A stretch of DNA of 60,243 bases, counting the filler, from Sphacelaria rigidula (lineage: Eukaryota): NCBI GenBank assembly GCA_964200075.2. It is 7 parts of 7 records of this genome, joined end to end, with 100 filler letters (N's around TTAATTAATTAA, not from the genome) between each part and the next. Parts side by side here need not be neighbours in the genome. Positions count along the whole stretch, not along the records: positions 8,623 to 17,144 come from CAXNAA020010897.1; positions 17,245 to 25,765 come from CAXNAA020010898.1; positions 25,866 to 34,385 come from CAXNAA020010899.1; 4 more parts are not named here. One strand, written 5' to 3'. The notes under the pieces were generated by a model. It saw only the letters and a list, made by a program, of their open reading frames with translations, ran no database searches and was not told the DNA's origin. The position numbers and the translations under genes were made by a program. The first letter of the stretch is position 1. Each line of letters begins with the position of its first letter. Shown one piece after another: positions 12,801 through 26,697 of this stretch.

Positions 12801-15800
12801 CGCCGACAACTACATGGCCGGCGAGATACAAACATTAAGAACTGTATCTGTTGCAACTTGATCCAGAGTTGATTCTCTGACAAGGGTAGTTTCGAGGTTG
12901 ATTCAAGTTCCTCAGTATGGTGTAGTTTCATCCACCGCCATGTCGGTGACGACTCCATGTCTTGCATGATCGTATGCATCGATGACAAATACATGACATG
13001 TGAGACATATGCTTGTCGCCGACAACTACATGGTTGGAGAGATACAAACTTCATTGAGAACTGCATATGTTCCTACTTGATCCAGAGATGGTTCTCTGAC
13101 ATAAGTAGTTCTGAGGTTGATTCGAGTTCCTCAGTATGGTGTAGTTTCATCCATCGGCATGTAGGTGACGACTCCATGTCTTGCATGATCGAATGCATCG
13201 ATGACATATACACGATCATGAGAAATATGCTTGTCGCCGATACGTACATGGCCGGAGAGACAAAAACTCCATTGAGAATTGCATCTGTTTAAACTCGATC
13301 CGCATTTGGTTCTCCGCCAAGAGTAGTTTTGAGGTTGGTTCAAGTTCCTCAGTATGGTGTAGTTTCATCCATCACAATATTAGTGACGACTCCATGTATT
13401 CAATGATCGTATCCATCGATGGCAAATACGCGATCATGAGAAATCTGCTTGTCGCTGACAACTAGATGGCCGGAGAGACACAAACTCCATTGAGAACTGC
13501 ATCTGTTCCCACTTGATCCAGAGTTGGTTCTCTGACAAGAGTAGTTTCGAGGTTGGTTCAAGTTTTTCAGTATGGTGTAGTTTTATCCATTGGTATGTCG
13601 GTGACGGCTCTATATCTTGCATGATCGTACCCATCGATGACAATTACACGATCATGGGAAATATGCTTATCACTGACAACGTCATCACCGAAGAGGCACA
13701 AACTCCATTGAGAACTGCATCTGTTCCAACTTGATCCAAGCTTGGTTCTCTGACAACAGTAGTCTTGAGGTTGATTTAAGTTCCTCAGTATGCTGTAGTT
13801 TCATCCACCGCCATGTCGGTGACGACACCATGTCTTGCATGAGGGTATGCATCGATGACGACTACACGGCATGTCAGACATATGCTTGTCACCGACAACT
13901 ACATGGCCGTCGGGACACATGCTTCATTGAGAACTGCATATATGTTCCAACTTGATCCAGGGTTGGGTTTCTGTCAAGAGTAGGTTTGAGGTTGATTCAA
14001 GTTTCTCAGTGTGGTGTAGTTGCCTCCAATGCCATGTCAGTGACGACTCCATGTCTCCCATGATTTTATTTATCGATGCAAAATACGCGAAAATGATAAC
14101 TATATGCATATCGCCGACAACTACATCGCCGGAGAAACACAACCTTCGTTGAGAACTGCATCTGTTCCCACTTGATCCGCAGTTGGTTCTCTGACAAGAG
14201 TAGTTTTGAGGGTGATTCAAGTTTCTCAGCATGTTCTAGTTTCATCCTTCGTCATATCTATGACGACTTCATGCCTTCCATGATCTTATCCATCGAAGAC
14301 CATTAGATGATCATGGGAAATGTTCTTGTCGCCGACAAGTACTAGCCGTCGAGACCCAAACTCCATTGAGAACTGCATCTGTTCCCACATGATCCAGAAT
14401 TGGTTCTCTGACAAGAGTAATTTTGAGGTTGATTCAAGTTCCTCAGTATGGTGTAGTTTCATCCATCGGCATGTCAGCGACGACTCCATTTCTTCCATGA
14501 TCTTATCCACCAATGACCATTACACGATAATGAGAAATATGCTTGTCGCCGACAACCACATAGCCCGAGAGACACAAACTCCATTGGGAACTGCATCTGT
14601 TCAAACTTAATCCAACCTTCGTTTCCTGACGAGAAACGTTTTGGGGTTGATTCAAGTTTCTCAGTATCGTTTAGTTTCATCCATCACGATATAAATGACG
14701 ACTCCATGTTTTCCGTGATTTTATCCATCGATGAGAAATACACGATCATGAGAAATATGATTATCGACAACAACTATATGGCCGGAAAGACAAAACTCCA
14801 TTGAGAACTGCATCTGTTCCAACTTGATCCAGAGTTGGTTCTCTGACAAAAGTAGTTTTGAGGTTGATTCGAGTTCCTCAGTATGGTGTAGTTTCATCCG
14901 CCGCCATGTCAGTGACAACTCCATGTCTTGCATGAGGGTATGCATCGATGACAAATACACGACATGTGAGGCATTTGCTTGTCGCCGACAACTACATGGC
15001 CGGCGAGGCACAAGCTTCATTGAGAACATCACTTGTTCGAACTTGATCCAACGTTGGTTCCCTGTCGAGAGTAGTTGTGAGATTGATTCAGGTTTCTCAG
15101 TGTGGTGTAGTTGCCTCCAATGTCATGTCAGTGACGACTCCATGTCTTCCGTGATCTTATCCATTGATGACCAATACACGATCATGAGAAATATGATTAT
15201 CGCCGATGACTACATGGCCGGAGAGACACAAACTCTATTGAGAACTGCATCTGTTCCGACTTGATCCAGAGTTCGTTCTCTGACAAGAGTAGTTTTGAGG
15301 TTGATTCAAGTTCCTCAGTATCGTGTATTTTCATCTATCGCCATGCCAGTGACGACTCCATGTCTTGCATGATCGTATGCATCGATGACACACGACATGT
15401 GGGACATATGCTTGTCGCTGACAACTACATCGCCTACAAGCTTTATTGAAAACTTCATATATGTTCCAACTTGATCCAACGTTGGGTCTCTGTCAAGAGT
15501 AGTTTTGAGATTGATTCAAGTTTTTCAGAATGGTGTAGTTTCATCCACCGCTATGTCAGTGACGACTCCATGTCTTCCATAGTTTTATTCATCGAAGCAA
15601 AATACGTGATACTGATGAGTATATGCTTATCGCTAACAACTATATCGCCGGAGAGACACAAACTCCACTGAGAACTGCATCTGTTCCAACTTGATCCAGA
15701 GTTGGTTCTCTGACAAAAGTAGGTTTGAGGTTGATTCAAGTTTCTCAGTGTCGTCCAGTTTCATCCTTCGTCATATCAGTGACAACTTCATGTCTTTAAT

Positions 15801-16590
15801 GATCTTATCTATCGATGACCATTACACGATGATGAGAAATATTTTCCTCGCGGACAACTACATGACCGGCAAGACACAAACCCCATTGAGAACTGCACCT
15901 GTTCCAACTTGATCCAAACTTGGTTCTTTGACAAGAGTAGTTTGAGGTTGATTCAAGTTTCTTAGCATGGTGTAGTTTTATCCATCGGTATGTCCGTGAC
16001 GACTCCATGTCTTCCGTGATCTTATGGATCGATGGAAACATGAAAAATTGTGAGAAAGCCACTTGGTCGCTGACAACTACATCGCCGGAGAGACACAAAC
16101 TCCTTTGAGAACTACATCCGTCCAACTTGATCAAACGTTGGGTTTCTGACAAGAGTAGTTCTGAGGTTGATCCAAGTTTTTTTTACGGTGTAGTTGCCTC
16201 CACCGCTATGTCAGTGACGACTTCATGTCTTCCATGATTTTATGGATCGATGCAAACTGCACGATACTTAGAAAGCCGCGTGTTCGCCGAGAACTACATG
16301 GCCGGAGAGACACAAACTCCATTGAGAGCTGCATCTGTTCCAACTTGACCCACAGTTGGTTCTCTGACAAGAGTATTTTTGAGGTTGATTCAACTTTCTC
16401 AGTATGGTGTAGTTTCATCCATCAACATGTCAGTGACGACCCCATGTCTTCCATGATCGTATGTATCGATGAAAAGTACATGATTGTGAGAAAGCCTCTC
16501 AAGACTAAACCAGAGAGACACAAACTCCATTGAGAACTACATCTGTTCCAACGCGATCCAAGGTTGGTTTCCTGACAAGAGTATTTTGAG
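9879..16590. repeat. Tandem satellite array, 218-219-bp unit, about 30 diverged copies
   Basis: 'GAGAACTGCATCTGTTCCAACTTGATCCAGAGTTGGTTCTCTGACAAGAGTAGTTTTGAGGTTGATTCAAG' recurs every ~218 bp (ORF starts 10680/10898 and 13513/13731; a 219-bp step from 12894 to 13113). Confidence 0.95.
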
Positions 16591-18244
16591 AATGGGTTCG
16601 AGTGCCCGAATATTCCCAAAGAGGGGTTGCGATAAATGATCAATTGCGGTGGGGTACCTCCCACGAGGACAGCGTGTGCACAAGAGTTTGGTTTTATTAT
16701 ATTTGCACAGAATATCATTCGGCATTAACGAAGAGAGAGGTGGATAACTCATATTCTTCTACCGTGAATGTGACAGGTGTCCACGACCGTGAGCTAATCG
16801 CAGGGATAGGCGTAGACGCTAATGCCGCCTCAGAGAGTCCTCATGCCGACAAGGGAGTTTTGTCGATACGTTGAGCAGATGAAACCTCTGAGAAGGATCT
16901 TGTGTCTCCGAAGATCCTCTCATGAGACGAGAAAAAAAAATCTGTGGTTCGTTTACGGGGGTCAGGAGGAGAGAGTTTGTGCTGCGGTTTTCAAACCCGG
17001 CATCTCCGGGGAGTGTCAAGTCCACAGAAACATTCAGGCGCATTGAACGTTGGGCCATGACACCTTTGGACTAATGCCGAGATAGCCCCCCCACAAAAAG
17101 TGCACCGGCACCATCCAACGAACCGGCGGCGATCCCACTATTGGNNNNNNNNNNNNNNNNNNNNNNNNNNNNNNNNNNNNNNNNNNNNTTAATTAATTAA
17201 NNNNNNNNNNNNNNNNNNNNNNNNNNNNNNNNNNNNNNNNNNNNGTGCGCTGAAAAACATGTCGTTGAAAAAATAGGGCAATGTTCCCGTCACCGCTACT
17301 ACTGCTCTCTGTCACACACATGCCAGCAAGGATGGTGCTGCGGCAATAACAGATATATCCAATTTGAACTTAGGGGGTGTTATTCATCGTTGATTTTCGC
17401 CGACCTCCTCCAACCCGGGTGGCCGAGCAGAAGGGCGTGCCACACGCCAGTTGAGGGGGGCGTATGAGAGATCAAACACTTGTAGAAACCTATTTGACAT
17501 GCAGAGTGAGAAGAAATACCGATGGTGGTGACATACCTGTGATACCTGTTGCTAGCGTGGCGCTATAGGAGTCCGCCCACGCCGCAACCTGTAGCACACG
17601 CTGGCCGCGTGAAGGACTCCGAACAGTAGTACGAGTAGCTTCCCATTAGTAATAATTATTCCGATGTCAGGAGGTCATGGGTTATTGCAAGTTGGGAGGA
17701 AAGACGAGAGTGCTCTACGATCAACCGCATTCCGTTGCATTCGAGACNNNNNNNNNNCAAGGGTCTTGTGTCTTTCACGCGACGCGGTCGGCAGTACGGC
17801 AGGCAAACGGCATCATTGCTACACTTCCTTCCTTTACCACGCGTCCTCTCGGCTGCTCAGATGTGGTCACGACAACAACATGCACCGAAGTCGCAACATC
17901 TGTGAAAGCTTTAGAGTTTGATATGCATGAAGTCCATCCACAAAATTAAAACGGTTCTCAAAACCTAAGGGAAGGTGGCCGCTTCGGGTCCAGTTAAACA
18001 TCCAAAGACACCATCGGACAGCAATACGAAACCTTTCCGGGATCAGCATCAGGCAGTGCTTGAACAACGGAACAGAAATCGACAAGTTATAGTTCGTACT
18101 AGACAACAATGCGCGTGGAACGCTTTGCAGCTTAGAAAACACAGATTTTGATGGAAAGAAACTTCTCCGGGCCCCCATGTGTGTTGTACCCGCCTGTAAA
18201 AGTCTGTCCTCGTTCATCGATGCCTGGCTGGGAGACAGGGAAGC

Positions 18245-18528
18245 CGATCACCGAACGTATTGGGTCCTAGGTGGAAAACCAATTTTGGGGAATTCCGCGT
18301 GTCCGAACGGACGCCAAAATGGTTCCGAAATTGTTTTTTCACCTAGGACCCAGACATTTCGGTGATAGAAATCCAAATTTCTGTGGCGTGTAGCAGTTGT
18401 CAATAGCTATTAGTAGGTGAAGAAATGGAAAAATATGTCAAATATTTAGTGTGGATAGGAAGATTTCAATCCGCCGGTTTTCTCATCCCCAATAACAATT
18501 CCGTCCCCAATTTGTAAGATCGCGTGTT
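18245..18528. mobile_element. Partial copy of the 445-bp foldback MITE
   Basis: Matches 33402-33846; ends in TTTGTAAGATCGCGTGTT. Confidence 0.8.
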
Positions 18529-19535
18529 AGAGGCAAAAAGAAGCCTCCGGAGGCGTTTAATATCTCTGGAGGAAACCAAAAAATCTCCTTTGGAGGGCCG
18601 CGCACCCCTCAGGATGCGTTTAATTCCTCTGGAGGCTCGAATCGTTTACCCACCTGGAGAAATTCTAGAGGTAGCCAAATGGCCGCGTGTGCATCTTCTA
18701 CAAAATAAAGACTGACAAGTTCACGGCAGAAGGACCGTGATCATCACCATCATCATCCTTGTCATCATCATTATAATCATCAACATCCACACCAGCCGCA
18801 CCAGCAGCCGCACCAGCTGTACCACCACCACCGCCACCAGCCCGAGGCATCAAACCAGGGTAGTTCCGGCATCAAAGTTACAGCAACACGAGAGGTTACA
18901 AGGTGCGTCAGATAGGTGCTTGGCATCAAGAAACCAGATTCATCACTACTGGAGCAGGGGCTGGCCACCTCACCTGCCTACGTGAAAAGCGAGGCCGTTC
19001 AATATCCCGGGAACATCGAGCGCAAAAGACGCGGAGCAGAAAATCCCTATCAGCTAGCGCAATCGACACAACAAACGAAAATCACCAGCTTTTCCAAGAA
19101 GCAACCGTCCCAAATGACTACACTAATAAGCCCGAGAACAGCATCTACTATCAAGCCAACATCCAGAAGCACATCTTCAGCGCACTCGAGCATCACCAAT
19201 AACATCGCTCCTCTCAGCGCGCAAGATGTACTTCAGCATCATGTCACTTGAAGATTCCGTGTTCTGCTTGAAACGGAATACTTATTCGTGCGATCGAGTC
19301 GAGGGACTTCACTGTTGAGGGTTGTTTACACGATCATCACATACTACAGCAACTACGATAGATTGAGGGCACGGACTGGGGCGAGCAGCTACAGCATCAC
19401 CACCGAGAACGGCCCGAACGAGATCAACGAACGCCACTACAACTACAACATCATTATCGAGTACGGACCCAGCGAAATCAACAAACGCCACTGCGCCACT
19501 GCTCACCGTTTGTTGCTGAATTCTGGACTGTTAGC

Positions 19536-19791
19536 TGTGACGCCAGCAGGTGGCTAGTACTGCAGCGTCTAATGCTGTTGAGGGACTCCCCAGTTCCACT
19601 GGCCTCAGGTTTCAGTTGTTAGCCTTCACAGCACCTTTTATTATCCTGGAGTGCCACACAGGCACATGCTCCATAAACCACATCAGGGTATCACCCCTGT
19701 GTCCATGTCATCACCCATATCATCACTACAGATCCCAAGTCATCATTCAATCATCACTATATACTCAACGTTACGGCGTGATTTCGTCACA
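19536..19791 (-). repeat. 3' LTR of the Gypsy element
   Basis: TGTGACG...CGTCACA, 256 bp. A G-rich tract (CGGGGGTGC on minus) lies just inside it, as expected for a PPT. Confidence 0.9.
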
Positions 19792-19865
19792 GCACCCCCG
19801 AAGCGCGTTCGACGAAAATCGAGCAACAAGCTTGGCACTCGGAAAAATAACGTCAATAGAGCAAG

Positions 19866-20078
19866 TCACAACTGGATATCAAACTCACGCGTAATGCGAG
19901 CAGCAATGGAACGAGTCACTCGCACCTTACGCAACTCCTTTTTGAGAAATTCCAGAGCGGCCTCAGAAAAACATTTCAAAGGCTCCCACGTACGCTCCTC
20001 GACTTCAAAACCAACCCAGTCGACCAACACGATCAACGAACGATCCTCTGCCTTTGCCACGCGAATAACTCCAGCCAT
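19866..20078 (-). pseudogene. Chromodomain at the integrase C-terminus
   Basis: 'IVLVDWVGFEVEERTWEPLKCF' fits the chromodomain pattern (LV.W.G....TWEP). Confidence 0.85.
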
Positions 20079-22847
20079 CTAGAATTGCCCCTGGTTGATT
20101 GCGTGCTGAAACACATCCTTCACGTCTGCCGTAATATTAAGCTGTGAGTCTGCATAAAAACGCAGACGAACTACATGGGCCGGCTGAACACGACGCGAAA
20201 CAATGTTTGGATCTCAAACACATGCGGGTGATGAGCACCAACCACTCTCCACGGACCCGTCCACGTCGCCATTAATTTTGGCGTAACTCCCGGGCGACGC
20301 ACGCGTGCATACAAAACATAATCGCCTACCTCGAAATTCGGCAATTCCAACCCCGACGAAGACCCCTCACGTCTGCGCGCACGTTCAGCGGTAACACGCT
20401 CCTGCACTTGAACGTGGAAACTTTCTTGCAACTCCAAAACTCCTTGCAACGCACGCTTCAGTAGCGCATATAGTTGCACGACCAAACATCACGTGATACG
20501 GCGTACTATCGTACCGACGGCAATATGCTGTATTTAGCGCCCATTGCACAGCGGGCAACACGTCCACCCACTCGGTCACCTCTCGACGCTGCTCGAGAAG
20601 AATAGAGCGAAGAGCACGACCTTGACCATGCGTTCGCACGTACCGTTATACCACGGAGAATACGCTACCGCAAACTGGTGATCAATGCGCAAAGCCTCTC
20701 GCAATCGGGCCAAGATCGCATTCTTGAAATGCGTGGCAGTATCACTCACCCACACACGGGGCACCCCCAAAGTTTTGCACCAATTCAGCAAAGGCTTATA
20801 AGTCGATTCAGCAGTACATACTGCTACTGGTGCTGGAGCCACAAACGTGCTCAAATTATCCATGATTACCAAAATGTATCGGAACCCAGCATCCTCCGAC
20901 AAACCTTGGGAAGCTAGCGGGCCACTCTCGCCCACGTGTAAGAAGTCAAAATGAACGACTTCATTCGTCGTGGTCCCATGGACCGTTTCACCGAACGGGC
21001 GGGAAACAACATCGCCCGCCTTCGAGTCAGCACAGTGAAGACACTAGCGAACAAATTCGCGCACATTAGTTTCTATTCCCCGCCAGACACAAAACTCTTG
21101 CACGCGCACGAGCGTCGCAGCCACACCACGATGCCCTGCGTCGCGCATGTGCGCGCAAATCATCAGACGTACCTGTAACTGCTTGTCAGAACTCGGAATC
21201 CGCAAAACGTTCCCGGCCACGCACATGCACACGAAACAGATCTTCACTGTCCAAGATAGCAGTACCAACGTCCGACTCGAAACGTTGCACATCCGCATCT
21301 TCGACCCCAAGGTCTTTCCGTTGCGCTTGGCGGACAACAGATTTGGACGGCATCGAGTCATCAGGTTTACACGGGCCATACACAGCCACAGCGCTTGCAG
21401 GCATTTAAATTTCAACTGTAAGCACCTTCATGACCAAACTACTCCAATGGCACTCAAATGCATCCAGGAACATTGACACCTGACAATTAGGACGAGAATG
21501 GAGCAGCGTCACGGCATGAGCCACCATATCCTTGGGTGCCGCCCACGCCTGCCGCCTGCCCTTCGTCCTCAATGCAGCCTTCTTCGAAAACGCCATATCT
21601 GGACTCGACCACCCCGCCTGAAAATTCCGTAACACGAACCCAAGCGCCAAAAGAGCGGTCATGCACAATGCCAACCAACTCGACTTTACTGGATAGTACC
21701 GCCGCGGCTTCGTCTCGCTGCGGACGCCCCAGGTTCTGGCTGAACACGCATGGGCTCCACGCGCGCGATGGGGTCACCCCGCAGCGCGCAAAGAAACGCG
21801 TTGACGCGGCAATGCAATATGCCGCGCAGGCGCTCCGCTTTTGAGACGCTGAAGCCTGTCGCCACAACATTCGTCACGCTCTCCTCCAGCGCGACCTTCC
21901 GAGCGGACTCCTCTCCCGCCGTGTCATGAACATATCCGGGCCGCGCTCTACGAAGCGTTCCACCGCCGCTTCCCGTTCCTCGGTCACCTGCCCCCCAGCC
22001 TCCTGAAATGCATCCACCGACAAGCTCACGCGACGACTGCCCAAAACGGCGGGCGTCTCCAAACGCGGACCAGGAGGAGACCTCCGCGTCTTCGTGGAGT
22101 CCCACAACCGCCGAGCGTTGACTCCAATATCCGGAAGCATCGGCAACCCCAGAAGAATAACGCCATCCGAGCCCGGCATGATCGCAAACGAGATCGGAGG
22201 CAAGTGCGCCGGCCCCCAGGAAGTCATTAATGTCAGCTGCAGCGGAACAGTACGCTCTGTGACGTAAAGATGCTGACACGACGCGGTGACGGTCTGCCGC
22301 GCCCCGAGCGGAAACGGAATGCGCAGCGGCACACCCGGGAGAAGACTCTCCAACACCTCTAAAATCTGGACCGACAGATTCACATGACCCGTCCAGTGAG
22401 CGCCAGAATCCCACTTAGCCTGAACCGCGATGGCTCCACGCTCCCGTCGATTTCGAAGGCACAGCTCCGCAGAAATATATTTTTCTTGATACTCGATCGG
22501 CACCTGCTCCGCCGACTGGTTTGTCGCGATCTCCACTTGGCGCCACGGCTGCGCGTGCGGCGCAGGCATAGACGCCCCCGCTGAGGTAACCGGCACCGCC
22601 GGCGGGTACGAAGCCCCGCCCGCAGAACCAAATTGCAGCGGTACCCCGGTCGACGCAGCAGCGGATCCAAATTTCAGCTGAAATCCGGCCGGCTCAGCAG
22701 CAGGCCTCTCGCCTTACTCTGCTACCGCCGGCGCCGGCATCGAGCCCGATACTAGAGTGGTCGGTCCCACCTGCATCACCCATTGCGGAGCAGCAGCTGC
22801 TGCGGCTGAGCCGGTCCCAAATCCGGACCCCTGCTGACGCCGCTGCC

Positions 22848-22879
<32 letters not shown>

Positions 22880-24109
22880 GAACTCGACTATACACCTCCA
22901 CCGCTGGAGGATCCGCCTCCGCCACCACCCCGATTACATTTCCTTCTTTGTGATTGCGAGGGCTCGCGGCACTCGTCTGCCCAGACTCCCCCTCGGAAGG
23001 CGTTGGGCACTTGCGTGCTTAGTGGCCTACCTGATCACACTGAAAGCAAGTGATATTGGGGGCGGCACTGCCTGCGGATTTTGATCCGCGGTTACGCGAG
23101 CTCGAAGACTGCGGCGACGAAGTGGATGACTTCCCGATTACTTCAATCTTCCGCCATGCCTGAGCCTCAGCCACCACGGTATCCATAACTAAGTACGGGT
23201 CTGACTTCCAATTGGCTTCGTGCTATGATTGTACAAGCACGGCCTGTTTGAATTCCGCCGGTGCCAGACCCTCCACCATCGCTTTCGTGATCACGCAGCG
23301 GGCCCTGGACGGAATTTCCGATCGGAGGAACGATAAAACCATCTCAACGTTGGGATTTTCCGAAAAATATGTCTCCAGCTTTTCCATGATTGGCTCCACC
23401 CTCTCACGTATGGTCTTCCCCTCGTGGTTCATGGCGACAGCCTTCGCCACGGCCGCGGACGCCTGTGTTAGCTCTACCTCAGCGTCCGCCGCATGCCCTG
23501 CATGCTTCTTGATCGCTGCAGCAAATTGCAGTGGCGTTATTGCGTTTTTCTTATGGAATCTTCTCGCGAAAACGCGTTCAAGGAGGATAGGCTCGAGTTG
23601 CGCCATGGAAACCACCTGATACCTTACCGCACCCCCCGCATTCGCATGCTCCACCCGCTTCTTGTATTCCACGTATTTCGTAGAAAACGAACGAGAAGCA
23701 CACCTAGAATACAAATTCCCGTAACTGGGAGACCGCAACTCTTCTATCAGAACAACTGGGGTTACGGTCGTCTCCGCTGGCTCTTTGGCCGGTACCTCTG
23801 TAGTCGACATTTCCGAGTGGACCTAATCGAAGGCTTCTGAACCTTCTCGAACTCCACAGTTCACACCTGCCTCCGTCGCCGCACCACGCAGCCGTGGGAT
23901 CCTATAAACTCCCGCTGCACGCAGCTTCAGCAAGTCTCCAGTCTGCATCAATCACGGGCCAGCCGCCGTTGCAGCTACCTCAGCTTGAGGCCTCCTCACG
24001 CTTCCGTGAAGCAATAGTGTCCGAAGCTGTCCAGACTCCTCTCTACTGAAAAAAATCCAGCAGTCACTAACGATAGCACAACTAGCACGACTAGCACTAA
24101 TATCGATAT

Positions 24110-24332
24110 TGTGGCGCCAGCAGGTTGCTAGTACTGCAGCGTCTAATGCTGTTGAGGGATTCCCCAGCTCCACTGGCCTCAGGTTTCAGTTGTAGCCTTC
24201 ACAACACCTTTCATTATCTTGGAGTGCCACACAGGCAGATGCTCCATAAACCACATTAGGGTATCACCCCCGTGTCCATGTCATCATCCAATCATCACTC
24301 TATACTCAACGTGGCGGCGTGATTTCGTCACA
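24110..24332 (-). repeat. 5' LTR of the Gypsy element
   Basis: TGTGGCG...CGTCACA, 223 bp; about 33 bp shorter than the other LTR. Confidence 0.9.
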
Positions 24333-24534
24333 TAGCGCAGTAAACCATGATAGGAACGTATATTTTTTATTGTTTGACTGTACGCAAGTACCACGAATTT
24401 TCCCGAAAACAGCTATTGAGGGGAGATTAGTCGTACACCGTAGCGCATGGTTGGCAAGCACGTCGTAGTTGATGTGAGGTTTCGTTACTAATTTTACTGC
24501 ATCGAACAGCCGGTTCTAAATTTTGCACACCTTG

Positions 24535-25015
24535 GACAATGCAATATGTAATATGTATTGCCCGCTCAATGTGTCGACGCGCCGGGTGGTCAATATATAT
24601 TAGGCGAGCAATATGATGGCACGAGAGAAGGTCAATATATATTGTGCCATCAATATGTCAAGGCTCGCCACCTGCAATATATGTATATCGATCGAACAAT
24701 ATATCACGACACGCGCCACCTCCATATATATTGGCCGAGTAATACGTTGGTACGAGAAGGCACCAATATGTATTTGTCGAGTAATATACTGGCTGCCACA
24801 CGAGGTCAATATGTATACTAATGATTCAATATACTCAACACCCCAAGCGCCAATATATATTGCCGCCCCAATATGTCGTGCGTCAATGCGTCCAATATAT
24901 ATCGGGTGGACAATGCACGAGGGAACCGACGGTCACAATACATATTGGTTTAGCAATATATGTGCGTATATTGCTTTTCAACATGTAGATTGGAACGTGT
25001 ATTGGAATAAGTATC
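24535..25015. repeat. Degenerate array of CAATAT-containing ~30-bp units, possibly TE subterminal repeats
   Basis: Repeated CAATAT(A/G)TAT(A)TTG cores; no clear TIR or TSD. Confidence 0.5.
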
Positions 25016-26560
25016 GTGGGCAACTCTATCTTCGCGGGCGCCATTCAAGGATGTATGTAGACTTCTGTCACTCAAGATCAGATTGCCATGTGGACTCCTC
25101 CCATCACGTGCACATGGACAGCAGCTTTAGTTATTTATGTAGTAACCCTCATCAAAGTACAGGAGAACAGGACCATAGACTCTCTCCACCAGAGTGGCAA
25201 AACCGGCTCTACTCGTCATGGACGTCACCATCACAGAGTCCGGCAATCAGACCCGCGACTCTACCTACAATGTCCCTCACCTTAGGTAACAATGGTGGCT
25301 AGAGTCTACAGCACCCTCAAAGCTCTCTACTATCAGCAAGTAGTTACATCAGAGCTTGACAAACTCAGACATCATTGGTGCCTGATAGTACCGTCGTTTT
25401 CCGCAAAGAATAGCAATCTCTTCCGCTGCTTTCGACAACAGCTCCATACAAGCTTGCCCTACTTCCGAACAACTCGCAAGAGATCCCCAGAAAATATCAT
25501 TCATCATGAACATGCAATCACGCTACTTGCACCACTTCGAGTTACAAAGCGATAGGTAGCGCCGAATTCACAAATCTTCGCCCAAACCAAGTCTCTTGAC
25601 TATTCATCGGCACGAAACCGGAAATGTCAGCAAACGGCAAGTTCCAGAGCAGTCGTGACTCATCGTCCCTCTCATCCGAGACAAGGTACTTCTCAACACA
25701 CCACATGCACTCTTTGTACGTTCAACACCTGCGCAACGAAGTGCAACAGCCAAATGATACATCATNNNNNNNNNNNNNNNNNNNNNNNNNNNNNNNNNNN
25801 NNNNNNNNNTTAATTAATTAANNNNNNNNNNNNNNNNNNNNNNNNNNNNNNNNNNNNNNNNNNNNAGGATGACTCATATGGAGGGTAGGTGGGAACCCCA
25901 CGTATATATATATTTCTTATCTTGGCTTCCCATTTGTTTTTCGTGTGGTTTGGTTCTGTACTTTCTGCGGCTACTTTATTCTTCTCGTCTACTCCAGTAT
26001 TTTCACCAATTTCTACCCCTTTGTGTGTTTCCTTTTTTGCACCTTGTTTCCTGGGTTGTACGCACCTTGCGACCTTGGCTGAATTAGAAGCGGATCGGTG
26101 CATGCGAGACAATCAATCTAAAAGCCATTCATCAATTAAATGTCAGTTTTCCGTTTGTCGTTGTCCTTGGACACGAGTTCTCGACATCTTGGAACAGGCG
26201 ACGAGTGAACACGTCATGTGATGTCGTGACTTGTCACTTTGAGTATGACGAGATGCATCTGCATCGACCTTCGCAGGATGCGCGCGACGTACATTAATTG
26301 TGCCAGATGATGATGGATATTCGAATCAGCAGGTTGCCTGCCATATGTCTTATCTATGGGGCAGTGGGGGGGCGGCACATGGCACAAGATGTCGTACATG
26401 TAGTGCGCAATGATATACATTGATGCACCCTGTACGACAAGAGGAAAATACGGCATTCAAGGATCCTAATGTAGGCAGGTAGTATTTCGTATGTATATAA
26501 CATGCATATAGTGATCGGTGGATCCGTATCCGGTCGAAAATGGCATCCTTGCCGGGTATT

Positions 26561-26697
26561 ACGAGCATAATCGAGCATAATTTATTTGGAAATGCGAGCA
26601 TAAATGCGAGCATAAATTCCACTTTTCGAGCATAACTTTTGTTGAGATTACTAGCATAAAAAAGTGACCTTACTAGCATAATAAGTAGAAGCCTACC
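26561..26697. repeat. Cluster of (G/T)AGCATAA motifs, probable DNA-transposon subterminal region
   Basis: About seven AGCATAA copies in ~130 bp, ending in AGAAGCCTA. Confidence 0.45.

Larger units (their letters stand above)
19536..24332 (-). mobile_element. Ty3/Gypsy chromodomain-bearing LTR retrotransposon, internally deleted and degenerate
   Basis: Two similar TG...CA LTRs and a 4-bp TSD TAGC (19532-19535, 24333-24336). Gag 23223-23810; broken CCHC 'CFQCDQVGH*ARKC' (~23050); protease 'WDSGA' (~22410); integrase 'CAHMRDAGHRG...CLHC' (~21030-21150) with core at 20385-20935; chromodomain 19866-20078. Confidence 0.93.

Noticed and set aside
9879-16590. Satellite as a CRISPR array, a repeat-protein gene or a hammerhead retrozyme array
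   Set aside because: There are no unique spacers and no cas genes. Most units are 218 bp, which breaks frame. I found no consistent CUGANGA...GAAA core on either strand.
19313-24411. Possible older LTR (TGTTGAGG...AAAACA) into which the Gypsy element inserted
   Set aside because: No TSD, no second copy and no recognisable pol next to it.
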